Positions 30,561 through 37,669 of a stretch of 64,000 nucleotides of DNA are shown piece by piece. The notes below the pieces were generated by a model that was given only the letters and a program-made list of their open reading frames with translations, was not told where the DNA came from and ran no database searches. The translations under genes were made by a program, and so were the position numbers. The stretch is from an uncultured Dialister sp. Lineage in GTDB: Bacteria > Bacillota > Negativicutes > Veillonellales > Dialisteraceae. Position 1 is the first letter of the stretch. Every line of letters starts with the position of its first letter. Where the stretch lies: NCBI GenBank assembly GCA_934178345.1, contig CAKPQG010000007.1, forward strand, positions 9,817 to 73,816. Reading direction: 5' to 3'.

Positions 30561-30590
30561 AAGCACTGTGAGATCCACAGTGCTTTTTTG
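30561..30590 (+). terminator. intrinsic terminator
   Basis: AAGCACTGTG-agatc-CACAGTGCTTTTTT. Confidence 0.8.
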
Positions 30591-30673
30591 GTGCGAGCGA
30601 AGGGACTCGAACCCCCATGCACAAGGCGCAGGATCCTAAATCCTGTGCGTCTACCAATTCCGCCACGCTCGCA
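30589..30673 (-). tRNA. tRNA-Leu (anticodon TAG)
   Basis: Reverse complement gives GCGAGCGTGGCGGAATTGGTAGACGCACAGGATTTAGGATCCTGCGCCTTGTGCATGGGGGTTCGAGTCCCTTCGCTCGCACCA. Features: 7-bp acceptor stem, D-loop, anticodon loop tTTAGga, long variable arm, GTTCGAGTC T-loop, encoded CCA. Confidence 0.88.
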
Positions 30674-30958
30674 TGGCTTGCGATACCTATTATATAAGGT
30701 CAGGACCTTTTGGTCAATGGGGGCGAGGAGATGACTTTTGACGAGGGGAAAAACATATCATTCGATATTGAACTATTTGAATATTGTGATATAATACTAT
30801 ATAGAGAGATGTAAATATAGAAGGAAGAGAAATACGAATCCAATCACTTTCGATTTCAATCTTGTAAAATCGAAAGCTGCGATCGAATCGGCATTTCCTT
30901 CCTACAGGGAAGGCGCCATGCGTCTGAACTGTGAGTTTTCCCAAAGGAGGAAACGACT

Positions 30959-31123
30959 ATGAAAAAGTATGTATGCACGGTATGCGGATGGATTTACGAT
31001 GAAGCCAAAGGCGATCCGGACAATGGCATCGCCCCGGGAACCAAGTTTGAAGATCTGCCGGCAGACTATGTATGCCCGGTCTGCGGCGCCGGCAAGGATG
31101 AATTTGAAGTTTACGAAGGATGA
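30959..31123 (+). CDS. rubredoxin (54 aa)
   Basis: Two CxxCG knuckles (CTVCGW, CPVCGAG). AGGAGG RBS. Upstream promoter TTGAAC-16-TATAAT. Shorter than the 60-aa ORF-track cutoff. Confidence 0.85.
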   Translation: MKKYVCTVCGWIYDEAKGDPDNGIAPGTKFEDLPADYVCPVCGAGKDEFEVYEG

Positions 31124-31159
31124 TTGTTAATTATTGTTTCCGAAAGTAATAAACAATAC

Positions 31160-31188
31160 TTGACAATGGGAACGATTTGAGGTAATAT
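31160..31188 (+). promoter_or_regulatory. strong sigma-70 promoter (TTGACA-17-TAATAT) driving a short transcript
   Basis: Consensus -35, 17-nt spacer, near-consensus -10. No long ORF downstream before a GC hairpin at 31276-31300. Confidence 0.55.
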
Positions 31189-31194
31189 AGAATC

Positions 31195-31303
31195 GTAAAC
31201 AAAAGGAAATCACCATTGGCCGTGATGATTCCACTCATTGTTACAAATCTTTCTCAACAACTCCAAACACCTCTAAAAAGCCTCCCTTCGGGGAGGCTTT
31301 AGG
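31195..31303 (+). ncRNA. candidate small RNA (about 105 nt) or very small ORF transcript
   Basis: Bounded by the promoter above and the AAAAAGCCTCCC-ttcg-GGGAGGCTTT hairpin. A possible 29-aa TTG-start ORF with an AAAGGAA RBS is embedded. Confidence 0.35.
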
Positions 31304-31325
31304 CGTTTCATAGGGAAAACGAATG

Positions 31326-31372
31326 TAAAAAGGCGGTGTGACAAAACATACAGTTTTTGTCACACCGCCTTT
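31326..31372. terminator. bidirectional terminator downstream of mscL
   Basis: AAAAAGGCGGTGTGACAAAA-cataca-GTTTTTGTCACACCGCCTTT. Confidence 0.75.
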
Positions 31373-31390
31373 GCTGGCGAAAGAGACGTT

Positions 31391-31819
31391 TCAGAGTTGT
31401 GCTGTGCAGTGCGGGCAGCGGGTCGCATCATCTGCGATCGCTTCTTTGCAGTAGGGGCACTTTCTGATTTCCTTTGGCGGAGCTTTCGGGAAGAAATGAT
31501 TGATCTGCTTGATGGCGATAAAGATGACGAAAGCAATGATCAGGAAATCAATGACTGCATTCAGAAATTCTCCATAGGCGATGACCGGGACGCCGAGCTC
31601 TTTCGCTTCTGCGAGCGTGGAGACCGGAGTGCCGCCTAAGGTGATGAAAAGACTGGAGAAGTCGATACCGCCCAAAAGGTAGCCCAGCGGGGGCATGATG
31701 ACATTGCTGACCAGGGAAGAAACGATTTTTCCGAATGCAGCGCCGATGACGACACCGACTGCCATGTCTACCACATTGCCGCGAAGGGCAAAGTCTTTGA
31801 ATTCTTTGAGCATACCCAT
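31391..31819 (-). CDS. mscL: large-conductance mechanosensitive channel MscL with a C-terminal CxxC...CxxC zinc-ribbon extension
   Basis: [31 protein letters not shown]-terminus typical of MscL. C-terminal [18 protein letters not shown]. Confidence 0.85.
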   Translation of the reverse strand: MGMLKEFKDFALRGNVVDMAVGVVIGAAFGKIVSSLVSNVIMPPLGYLLGGIDFSSLFITLGGTPVSTLAEAKELGVPVIAYGEFLNAVIDFLIIAFVIFIAIKQINHFFPKAPPKEIRKCPYCKEAIADDATRCPHCTAQL

Positions 31820-31969
31820 GAGGGAACGTCTCCTTTCTAAAAAATAAAGAAATTATTTTCCATATCTTACCATAAGTGAAGGAACGTTGGGAAGAGTATA
31901 AAAATAGCGAATCGCCCAAAAGGAGAGACTCTGACAGGGGGGACACAGAGGAAAGAGATACTTGCTTTC

Positions 31970-32011
31970 CAGGGAAACACAGATTCTGCGATTGAATCAG
32001 CGTTTCCCTGG
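31970..32011. mobile_element. short-form MITE-like element (TIR pair), followed by a T-run
   Basis: CAGGGAAACACAGATT...GATTGAATCAGCGTTTCCCTG then TTTTTTTT. Confidence 0.55.
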
Positions 32012-32029
32012 GATTTTTTTTAGAGAAAT

Positions 32030-32058
32030 TTGACATATTCCTTTATCCATGCTATAGT
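32030..32058 (+). promoter_or_regulatory. strong sigma-70 promoter (TTGACA-17-TGcTATAGT)
   Basis: Consensus -35, 17-nt spacer, extended -10. Confidence 0.65.
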
Positions 32059-32063
32059 ATGTC

Positions 32064-32320
32064 CAATAAGCGATGAAGAAAAAGAGTACGCAGGGATTTC
32101 TTCTCATAGCGAGTCCGGACAGTGCAAGCGGGCAGAGAAACTTTGCTGAAGTGCGTTTCAGAGCCAGGAGACCGAAATGAAGTAGGCTCTTCCGGGGATT
32201 CCCGTTACAGGATCAGAGTCTGCTTGGACTTAGAGAGGCCGATGCGGTGACGCAGCGGTGAAATTGGGTGAGAATCACGAGTCTTTCGTCCCATGGGGGA
32301 GGAAGGGCTTTTTTGTTGCC
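32064..32320 (+). promoter_or_regulatory. candidate T-box riboswitch leader
   Basis: Stem-I base GCGATGAAGAAAAAGAGTA (GNUGA/AG-box K-turn pattern as in glyQS-type T-boxes). F-box-like CCGTTA at 32202-32207. Degenerate T-box-like AAATTGGGTGAGAATCACGAG at 32261-32280. Terminator hairpin GTCTTTCGTCCC-atg-GGGGAGGAAGGGC plus TTTTTT at 32281-32316. Confidence 0.45.
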
Positions 32321-32334
32321 TGAAATGGGCTGAG

Positions 32335-32530
32335 AGTGCATGGCTTTTTATACTGCGCGCGTATGAAAAGTTTGAAAGCAGGGATGAGTGGCTAGGGATT
32401 AGTAGCTAGGGATTAGGGGCGCAAAGTGCCTGGTGACTGGCGATTAGTGATTTGAATACTACTTTGGGGTATCATCCCCGTTGAACCTGTAGAACCTACA
32501 GAACCCATTGAACCTCTTTCCAACAGCACG
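32335..32530. repeat. mosaic repeat cluster inserted between the T-box-like leader and the transporter ORF
   Basis: AAGTTTGAAAGCAGGGATGAGTGGCTAGGGATTAG box, heptads, and (GAACCTNTA)n. Confidence 0.8.
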
Positions 32531-32571
32531 CCTCATGGGCTACTCGGTTATGACTAAAGGAGGAAAAAGAT

Positions 32572-33852
32572 ATGAATAAAAATGAGGATGTCAAAAACTT
32601 AGCACAGAGCGTGCTGAAAGAGCACCAGACCAAGAAGCAGGGACGGCAGTTTGTTCTCTGGATTCTGGCATTGGTCGTGGGGGCTGCCCTTGGTTGGCTT
32701 GGGATCAAGCCTTTGAATGAGCTCTTTAATTTTATCGCGACGGTCTTCACCCGTTTGTTCCAGTTTATCGCGGTACCGACGATCGCGCTCGCTGTCATCA
32801 CGACACTGGCTGCTCTCGGCGGCAAGAAGGAAACCGGCCGCATTTTTGCACACGCAGTCGTCTACACGCTTCTCACCACCGTCTTTGCAGCGGGCATCGG
32901 GCTTGCGATGTATCTCTGGGTGACACCGGGGAATCTGCCAACGGATCTGGCAAGTGCAGGGGCTTCGAGCGTGCCGCAGAAGCTGGGAACGGTCACCTAC
33001 TATGACCACATCCTGAATGTCATTCCGAATAACATTCTGCAGCCATTCCTGTCTGGCAATGTACTTGCTGTCATGCTGATCGCCGCATCCTTCGGCCTCG
33101 GGCTTGCCTTCATGCCGAAGACGGAGAATCGCGAAGTCCTCCTGAAGGGCATCCTTGGTTTTCAGGAGCTTCTCTTTACGCTGATCAAAGCGCTTCTCGC
33201 CATTCTTCCTGTCGGCATTCTGGCCTTTGCAGGGCAGCTCTCTGCCCAGATTGAAGCAGGGGTCATCGTAGGGGCGCTCGGGAAATATACGCTCGTCATC
33301 ATGGCCAGCAACGGGATCCAGTTCTTCCTCGTCCTGCCGCTCTTCCTCTTGGCTCGCGGACTGAATCCGATCGATGTTTTCAAGAAAATGTCTCCTGCCA
33401 TTGCGGTCGCTCTCTTCACCAAGAGCTCGGCAGGCACACTCCCTGTCACGCTGGCCTCGGCAGAGAAGAATCTCAAGGCGGATCCGGCGGTTTCCCGCTT
33501 CGTACTTCCGATCTGCACGACCATCAACATGAATGGATGTGCGGCCTTCATACTGATCACTTCGCTCTTCGTCATGCAGAATGCAGGGATTGAACTTTCG
33601 ATGACGACCATGCTCACATGGCTCATCGTCGCAGTACTCGCCGCTGTCGGCAATGCAGGCGTACCGATGGGATGCTACTTCCTGACGCTCTCTCTCATGA
33701 GCGGTATCGGCGCGCCGATCGGCATCATGGGGCTCATCCTTCCGATCTATACCATCATCGATATGATCGAGACGGCAGAGAATGTCTGGTCTGACTCCTG
33801 CGTCTGCGCGATGACGGATCATGATCTGAAAGGGAAATTGAATCACGAATAG
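32572..33852 (+). CDS. dicarboxylate/amino acid:cation symporter (DAACS family)
   Basis: 426 aa, multi-TM with DAACS-like re-entrant loop motifs (SSAGTLPVT, NMNGCAAF); AAAGGAGG RBS. Confidence 0.75.
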   Translation: MNKNEDVKNLAQSVLKEHQTKKQGRQFVLWILALVVGAALGWLGIKPLNELFNFIATVFTRLFQFIAVPTIALAVITTLAALGGKKETGRIFAHAVVYTLLTTVFAAGIGLAMYLWVTPGNLPTDLASAGASSVPQKLGTVTYYDHILNVIPNNILQPFLSGNVLAVMLIAASFGLGLAFMPKTENREVLLKGILGFQELLFTLIKALLAILPVGILAFAGQLSAQIEAGVIVGALGKYTLVIMASNGIQFFLVLPLFLLARGLNPIDVFKKMSPAIAVALFTKSSAGTLPVTLASAEKNLKADPAVSRFVLPICTTINMNGCAAFILITSLFVMQNAGIELSMTTMLTWLIVAVLAAVGNAGVPMGCYFLTLSLMSGIGAPIGIMGLILPIYTIIDMIETAENVWSDSCVCAMTDHDLKGKLNHE

Positions 33853-33890
33853 AAAAACCGCTGTCCGAATGGTTTCGGACAGCGGTTTTT
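33853..33890 (+). terminator. intrinsic terminator
   Basis: AAAAACCGCTGTCCGAA-tgg-TTTCGGACAGCGGTTTTT. Confidence 0.8.
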
Positions 33891-33894
33891 AGGT

Positions 33895-34430
33895 GAGGTT
33901 CAGGGTTAGCCCCGGGGGCGTGCCGCCCTTTGATCGGGGATGAAAGCTTCGCATAAATTAGGAATTAGGAATGCGGAATTAGGAATGAAGGTGGCGGCTT
34001 CGCCGCAGAGTATAAATAGGGCGATGCCCGAAGGCGGTATTTAAGTCACTAGTCACCAGTCACCAGTCACTCCTAATCCCCAATCCCTAATCCCTAGCTA
34101 CTCATCCCTGCTTTCAAACTTGTGGTGGCGGCTTCGCCGAGATCCTTCGACTCAGGTCGCAGCTGTTCTGGCATTCGTTATCTCACCTACGACGTTTCTC
34201 GCCGCTCAGAATGACGAAACGGGGCGATGCCCGAAGGTCTCTTGATAGCAGGTTTCTCTCGTATCGCCAGCCTTCCCCTCTAGGGGAAGATGCCCCGTAG
34301 GGGCGGATAGGGTGACTATGGTATGAAAGATCAATGATCGGATGTCTAATAGTTCCTAATCCCTAGCCACTAATCCCTAGCTACCAGTCACCAGTCACTA
34401 GTCACTCCTAATCCCCAATCCCTAGTTACT
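33895..34430. repeat. mosaic intergenic repeat cluster
   Basis: GGTTCAGGGTTAGCCCCGGGGGCGTGCCGCCCTTTGAT, (AATTAGG)n, GGTGGCGGCTTCGCCGC, GGGCGATGCCCGAAGGCGG hairpin box, and heptad blocks. Confidence 0.85.
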
Positions 34431-34431
34431 C

Positions 34432-35442
34432 TCATTGCTCTACTGCTTTTCGGAGCGCCATGAGATTTTCTTCCGGCGCGGACGGATTGACGACGCAACC
34501 GGGGCCCAGGATGAGGCCTTTGCCATCCACCTGCGCGATCGCGTCCTTGACGTGCGCTGTGATCTCTGCCGGCGACCCGTCGAGGATGATATCGTCATAC
34601 TTGAGGACACCGTCTACGAAGTAAGGTGCGGACTTGATGCCGGCTAAAAGGCACTTGTCTGTGAGGGCACGGGCTTCCGCCAGAGATGGGAAGGTATGGC
34701 GGTCATGCCAGTTGATGCAGTTGATGGGGTAGTCTGCGATTTCCTGAAAATAAATGTCTTCCCCATGGATGTGAGCGACATTGAACCAGGTTTTCTTGGC
34801 GTAGGAGCGGATGACCTGCAGGTCGTAGAAGGCACCGAATTCCTGAAATTCAGCGGGGGTAAGCATCGGGCGAACGGCATTCTGCGTGGCAAAGAAGAAG
34901 CCGTCGACGCCGGCATCGATGTTGTAGCTGACGAAGTCAAGCGTGGTCGCCGTGATGGCCGCGAGGGCATGGTGGACGGCTTTCGGGATGGTCTTGATGT
35001 CTTCCAGAAGGCGATCGCCTGCCATTTTCTTCAGGGTGGAGAATGGCGAGAAGATGGTCTGAATGATCGGCGTGCCGGCTTTTCTGCGCTTTGCGAGTTC
35101 GCGGGCAAATTCGATCTGCTTGCCGTAGGTACCCTGAATGGCAGGAATGGCACGGACAGTATCGTAGTCTTCTTCGCTCTGAATGGCGAATTTTTTCACA
35201 ATCGGTTCTTTGTGTGCGTCGCAGTAAATGGTGATCTGGTTTCCAAAGTCCTGCGTGCTGTACAGCCCGAAGGGCATCATTTTGATATAGTCGAAGTCAT
35301 ATTTTTCTGTGAGGTCGACTTCTGCCTCGGCAAGGGAAATCGGATCCTGGTCGAATGCGGAGAGGTGCATCCAGGCAGCGACCGGTACGCGGTCGACTTC
35401 TTTGCCGGCAAGGGCGGCTCTGACTCGTTCTTCTCTATTCAT
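34432..35442 (-). CDS. uroporphyrinogen-decarboxylase (URO-D)-fold protein, MtaA/CmuA-like methylcobamide methyltransferase family
   Basis: 337 aa; URO-D family length and motif pattern. ATG 35442 with an AAAGGAG RBS. Confidence 0.6.
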   Translation of the reverse strand: MNREERVRAALAGKEVDRVPVAAWMHLSAFDQDPISLAEAEVDLTEKYDFDYIKMMPFGLYSTQDFGNQITIYCDAHKEPIVKKFAIQSEEDYDTVRAIPAIQGTYGKQIEFARELAKRRKAGTPIIQTIFSPFSTLKKMAGDRLLEDIKTIPKAVHHALAAITATTLDFVSYNIDAGVDGFFFATQNAVRPMLTPAEFQEFGAFYDLQVIRSYAKKTWFNVAHIHGEDIYFQEIADYPINCINWHDRHTFPSLAEARALTDKCLLAGIKSAPYFVDGVLKYDDIILDGSPAEITAHVKDAIAQVDGKGLILGPGCVVNPSAPEENLMALRKAVEQ

Positions 35443-35499
35443 AAAGGGACTCCTTTCTGTACAAGAAATCATGGGATTAGCCATATTATAGCATAGGAG

Positions 35500-35955
35500 A
35501 GAAAGGGGAACATGGTATAATGAGCAATATATACTTTGCAGCGACGCTGCCGCTACAAGTTTGAAAGCAGGGATGAGTGGCTAGGGATTAGGAGTGACTA
35601 GTGACTGGTGACTAGTGACTAGGAAATTCCCGTATCGTCATTTCGAGCGCAGTCGAGGGATCTTTACTGCACTGCGGGAATCAGCGTGTATGCGCCGAGG
35701 GAAAATGATGCCCTGGTGCTGCCTCACATCAGACGATGAACGTTCTGCAATAAAGACCCTCGGCTACGCCCCTCTGACGACGGCGCGAAGTGCTATCAAA
35801 ATTCTGCGGCGCTTCCATATTTTTATGCGCCGCACCACCATTTCGCATTTCTCATTTCTAATTTCTCATTCAAGCGAGTCTTTCACCCACAATCAAAATG
35901 GCAGCACGCCCCACGGACTAACCCAGAACCCTGAACCCGACAGCCTTTAAATTTA
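35500..35955. repeat. mosaic intergenic repeat cluster with an inverted copy of the palindromic module
   Basis: AAGTTTGAAAGCAGGGATGAGTGGCTAGGGATTAGGAGTGACTAGTGACTGGTGAC; reverse-orientation CGTCATTTCGAGCGCAGTCGAGGGATCTTTACTGCA module; TTTTTATGCGCCGCACCACC. Confidence 0.85.
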
Positions 35956-35965
35956 GGAGCTTTTT

Positions 35966-37558
35966 ATGAAACTGTTGCACACGCGTTTCCCTTACCTATA
36001 TATATGCTTTTCTTTCTTCTTGGCGGCTGCGCTCTGGTACACGGTGAAGATAGACTGGCTGGATCAGAGAGGAGCACTCAAAGAAGCAGGGGACGCGCTT
36101 CTAAATTTTGAGGATGGGCCGATCCTTCTTCTGGGGACGGCGTTCTTTTCTCTTCTGTTGCCAAGGCTGACCGATTGCCTTTCTGGCTTTTCTTATGCGA
36201 GGAGAACGTCGGCGGATCGCACATGGTTTTTCCCTGCGTTCCTTCTGATGGCGCTTTGGCAGCTCCCCTTCCTTCTTTCGTTTTATCCGGCACCGGGGAT
36301 GAATGACACGGTTTTCATGATGGAGAATCCGCTCTATGCGAGCGTGCAGTTTCCATGGCTGTATTCGGTGATATACGGCTATGGGGCGAGCTGGGGGAAG
36401 GAGGCGCTGGGAAGCCGGGAGCCGGTCATCTTCCTCTTTTCTCTGCTGCAGCTTCTTTTGATTTCCTATGGGCTGACCGCCTTTGCCTTCTGGGTGAAAG
36501 GGCGCGTACATGTCCTCGCAGGATGGGGACTGTACGGGTACTTTCTCTTTTTTCCGATGGTGGGAAATTACAGCATCGCAGCGGTGCGCGATGGCCTTTT
36601 CTCGCTGGGGCTGCTCTTTTTTGTATGGCTCTTCCTTCGGCGCGCGGAAGGGGAGCACTGGGGGAGGGCGTCTCAGGGGATTCTTCTAGCGGCTCTTCTT
36701 TCGATGCTGCTTCGCAGCAATGGGCTCCTTGTCGCGCTCTTGGTATGCATGGCCCTCTTTTTTCTGGAGAAGCGGAAGGAGATCCTCCTCTTTTTTATGA
36801 TTTTTGCTTTGATTTCCATCGTCCCTGCACAGATCATCCAGCGCACCCATCACTGGGAACCGCTCTTTCAGGAGTCTATGGCGATCCCGCTCCAGCAGCT
36901 CGGGCGCACGATGGTGCTTGGCGGTGAGCGAAGCGAGGAAACGAAAACGCTGATGGAAAACCTTCTCACCGAAGAAGAGTGGAAGAAAGAATACTCACCC
37001 TATACCGTGGACTTTGTAAAGTGGCATGACCATTTCCATAGAAACTGGCTGAATGGGCAGAAAAAAGAATTCCTGTCGGCATGGGTGGATACAGGCCTTC
37101 GAAATCCGCGGATTTATGTCGAAGGCTGGCTGACAGAGACATATGCCCTTTGGAATCTGGATCCCTTCGAGTATGACGTGCAGTCGCGCTTCGGCTGGGC
37201 GCTATCGGATGAGAACACGAAAGATATGAAGCCGGCGGACAATGACCGCATGGCGACGGGGGATTTCCCGATGCCGCTTTGGCTCAAGGCGGGACTTGCG
37301 AATGTCTCGTATGAGGGAAGCCGGTTTGTTGGAACAGGCCTTTCCCTCTGGCTTACGCTCTTTTTGGGACTCCTCTGGATCAGACAGGAGAGAACAACGC
37401 TCCTCTTTGCACTGCTTCCCCTTTTGGCAAATACAGGGACGCTTCTTCTTTCAACGCCGGCCTCTTCCGTCTTTCGCTACTCGTTCGCTTACGTTCTGTG
37501 TTTGCCGGTGTTAGTCGCGGTCACCTTGTGTCATGGTACGAGAGAAAGTGAAGAGTAA
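35966..37558 (+). CDS. polytopic integral membrane protein (530 aa, 12 or more TM), uncharacterised; possibly a GT-C-like glycosyltransferase
   Basis: Hydrophobicity pattern and a large C-terminal periplasmic-like loop. GGAG RBS. No family confidently recognised. Confidence 0.5.
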   Translation: MKLLHTRFPYLYICFSFFLAAALWYTVKIDWLDQRGALKEAGDALLNFEDGPILLLGTAFFSLLLPRLTDCLSGFSYARRTSADRTWFFPAFLLMALWQLPFLLSFYPAPGMNDTVFMMENPLYASVQFPWLYSVIYGYGASWGKEALGSREPVIFLFSLLQLLLISYGLTAFAFWVKGRVHVLAGWGLYGYFLFFPMVGNYSIAAVRDGLFSLGLLFFVWLFLRRAEGEHWGRASQGILLAALLSMLLRSNGLLVALLVCMALFFLEKRKEILLFFMIFALISIVPAQIIQRTHHWEPLFQESMAIPLQQLGRTMVLGGERSEETKTLMENLLTEEEWKKEYSPYTVDFVKWHDHFHRNWLNGQKKEFLSAWVDTGLRNPRIYVEGWLTETYALWNLDPFEYDVQSRFGWALSDENTKDMKPADNDRMATGDFPMPLWLKAGLANVSYEGSRFVGTGLSLWLTLFLGLLWIRQERTTLLFALLPLLANTGTLLLSTPASSVFRYSFAYVLCLPVLVAVTLCHGTRESEE

Positions 37559-37669
37559 AGGTACGGTGCTAAAAACAAAAGCGCCGCAGAGCTTCATGCA
37601 AATATGGAACGAGCGGCATTTAGTCCCCAGTCACCCGTCCCCAGTCACTATTTTCCAAGGAGCTAAATC

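Noticed and set aside
32072-32179. 35-aa ORF (MKKKSTQGFLLIASPDSASGQRNFAEVRFRARRPK) at the start of the leader
   Set aside because: It has no Shine-Dalgarno. The sequence overlaps the conserved T-box stem-I elements, so it is more parsimoniously RNA structure than a leader peptide.
32150-32320. Possible c-di-AMP (ydaO-type) or glycine riboswitch in the same leader (CCGGGGATTCCCG, GGAGACCGAA, GAGAATCAC segments)
   Set aside because: The order and spacing of the motifs do not match ydaO or glycine consensus architectures. The ACAGCUAACC core of ydaO is absent. The 5' K-turn (GCGAUGA...AGAGUA) and CCGUUA fit a T-box better.
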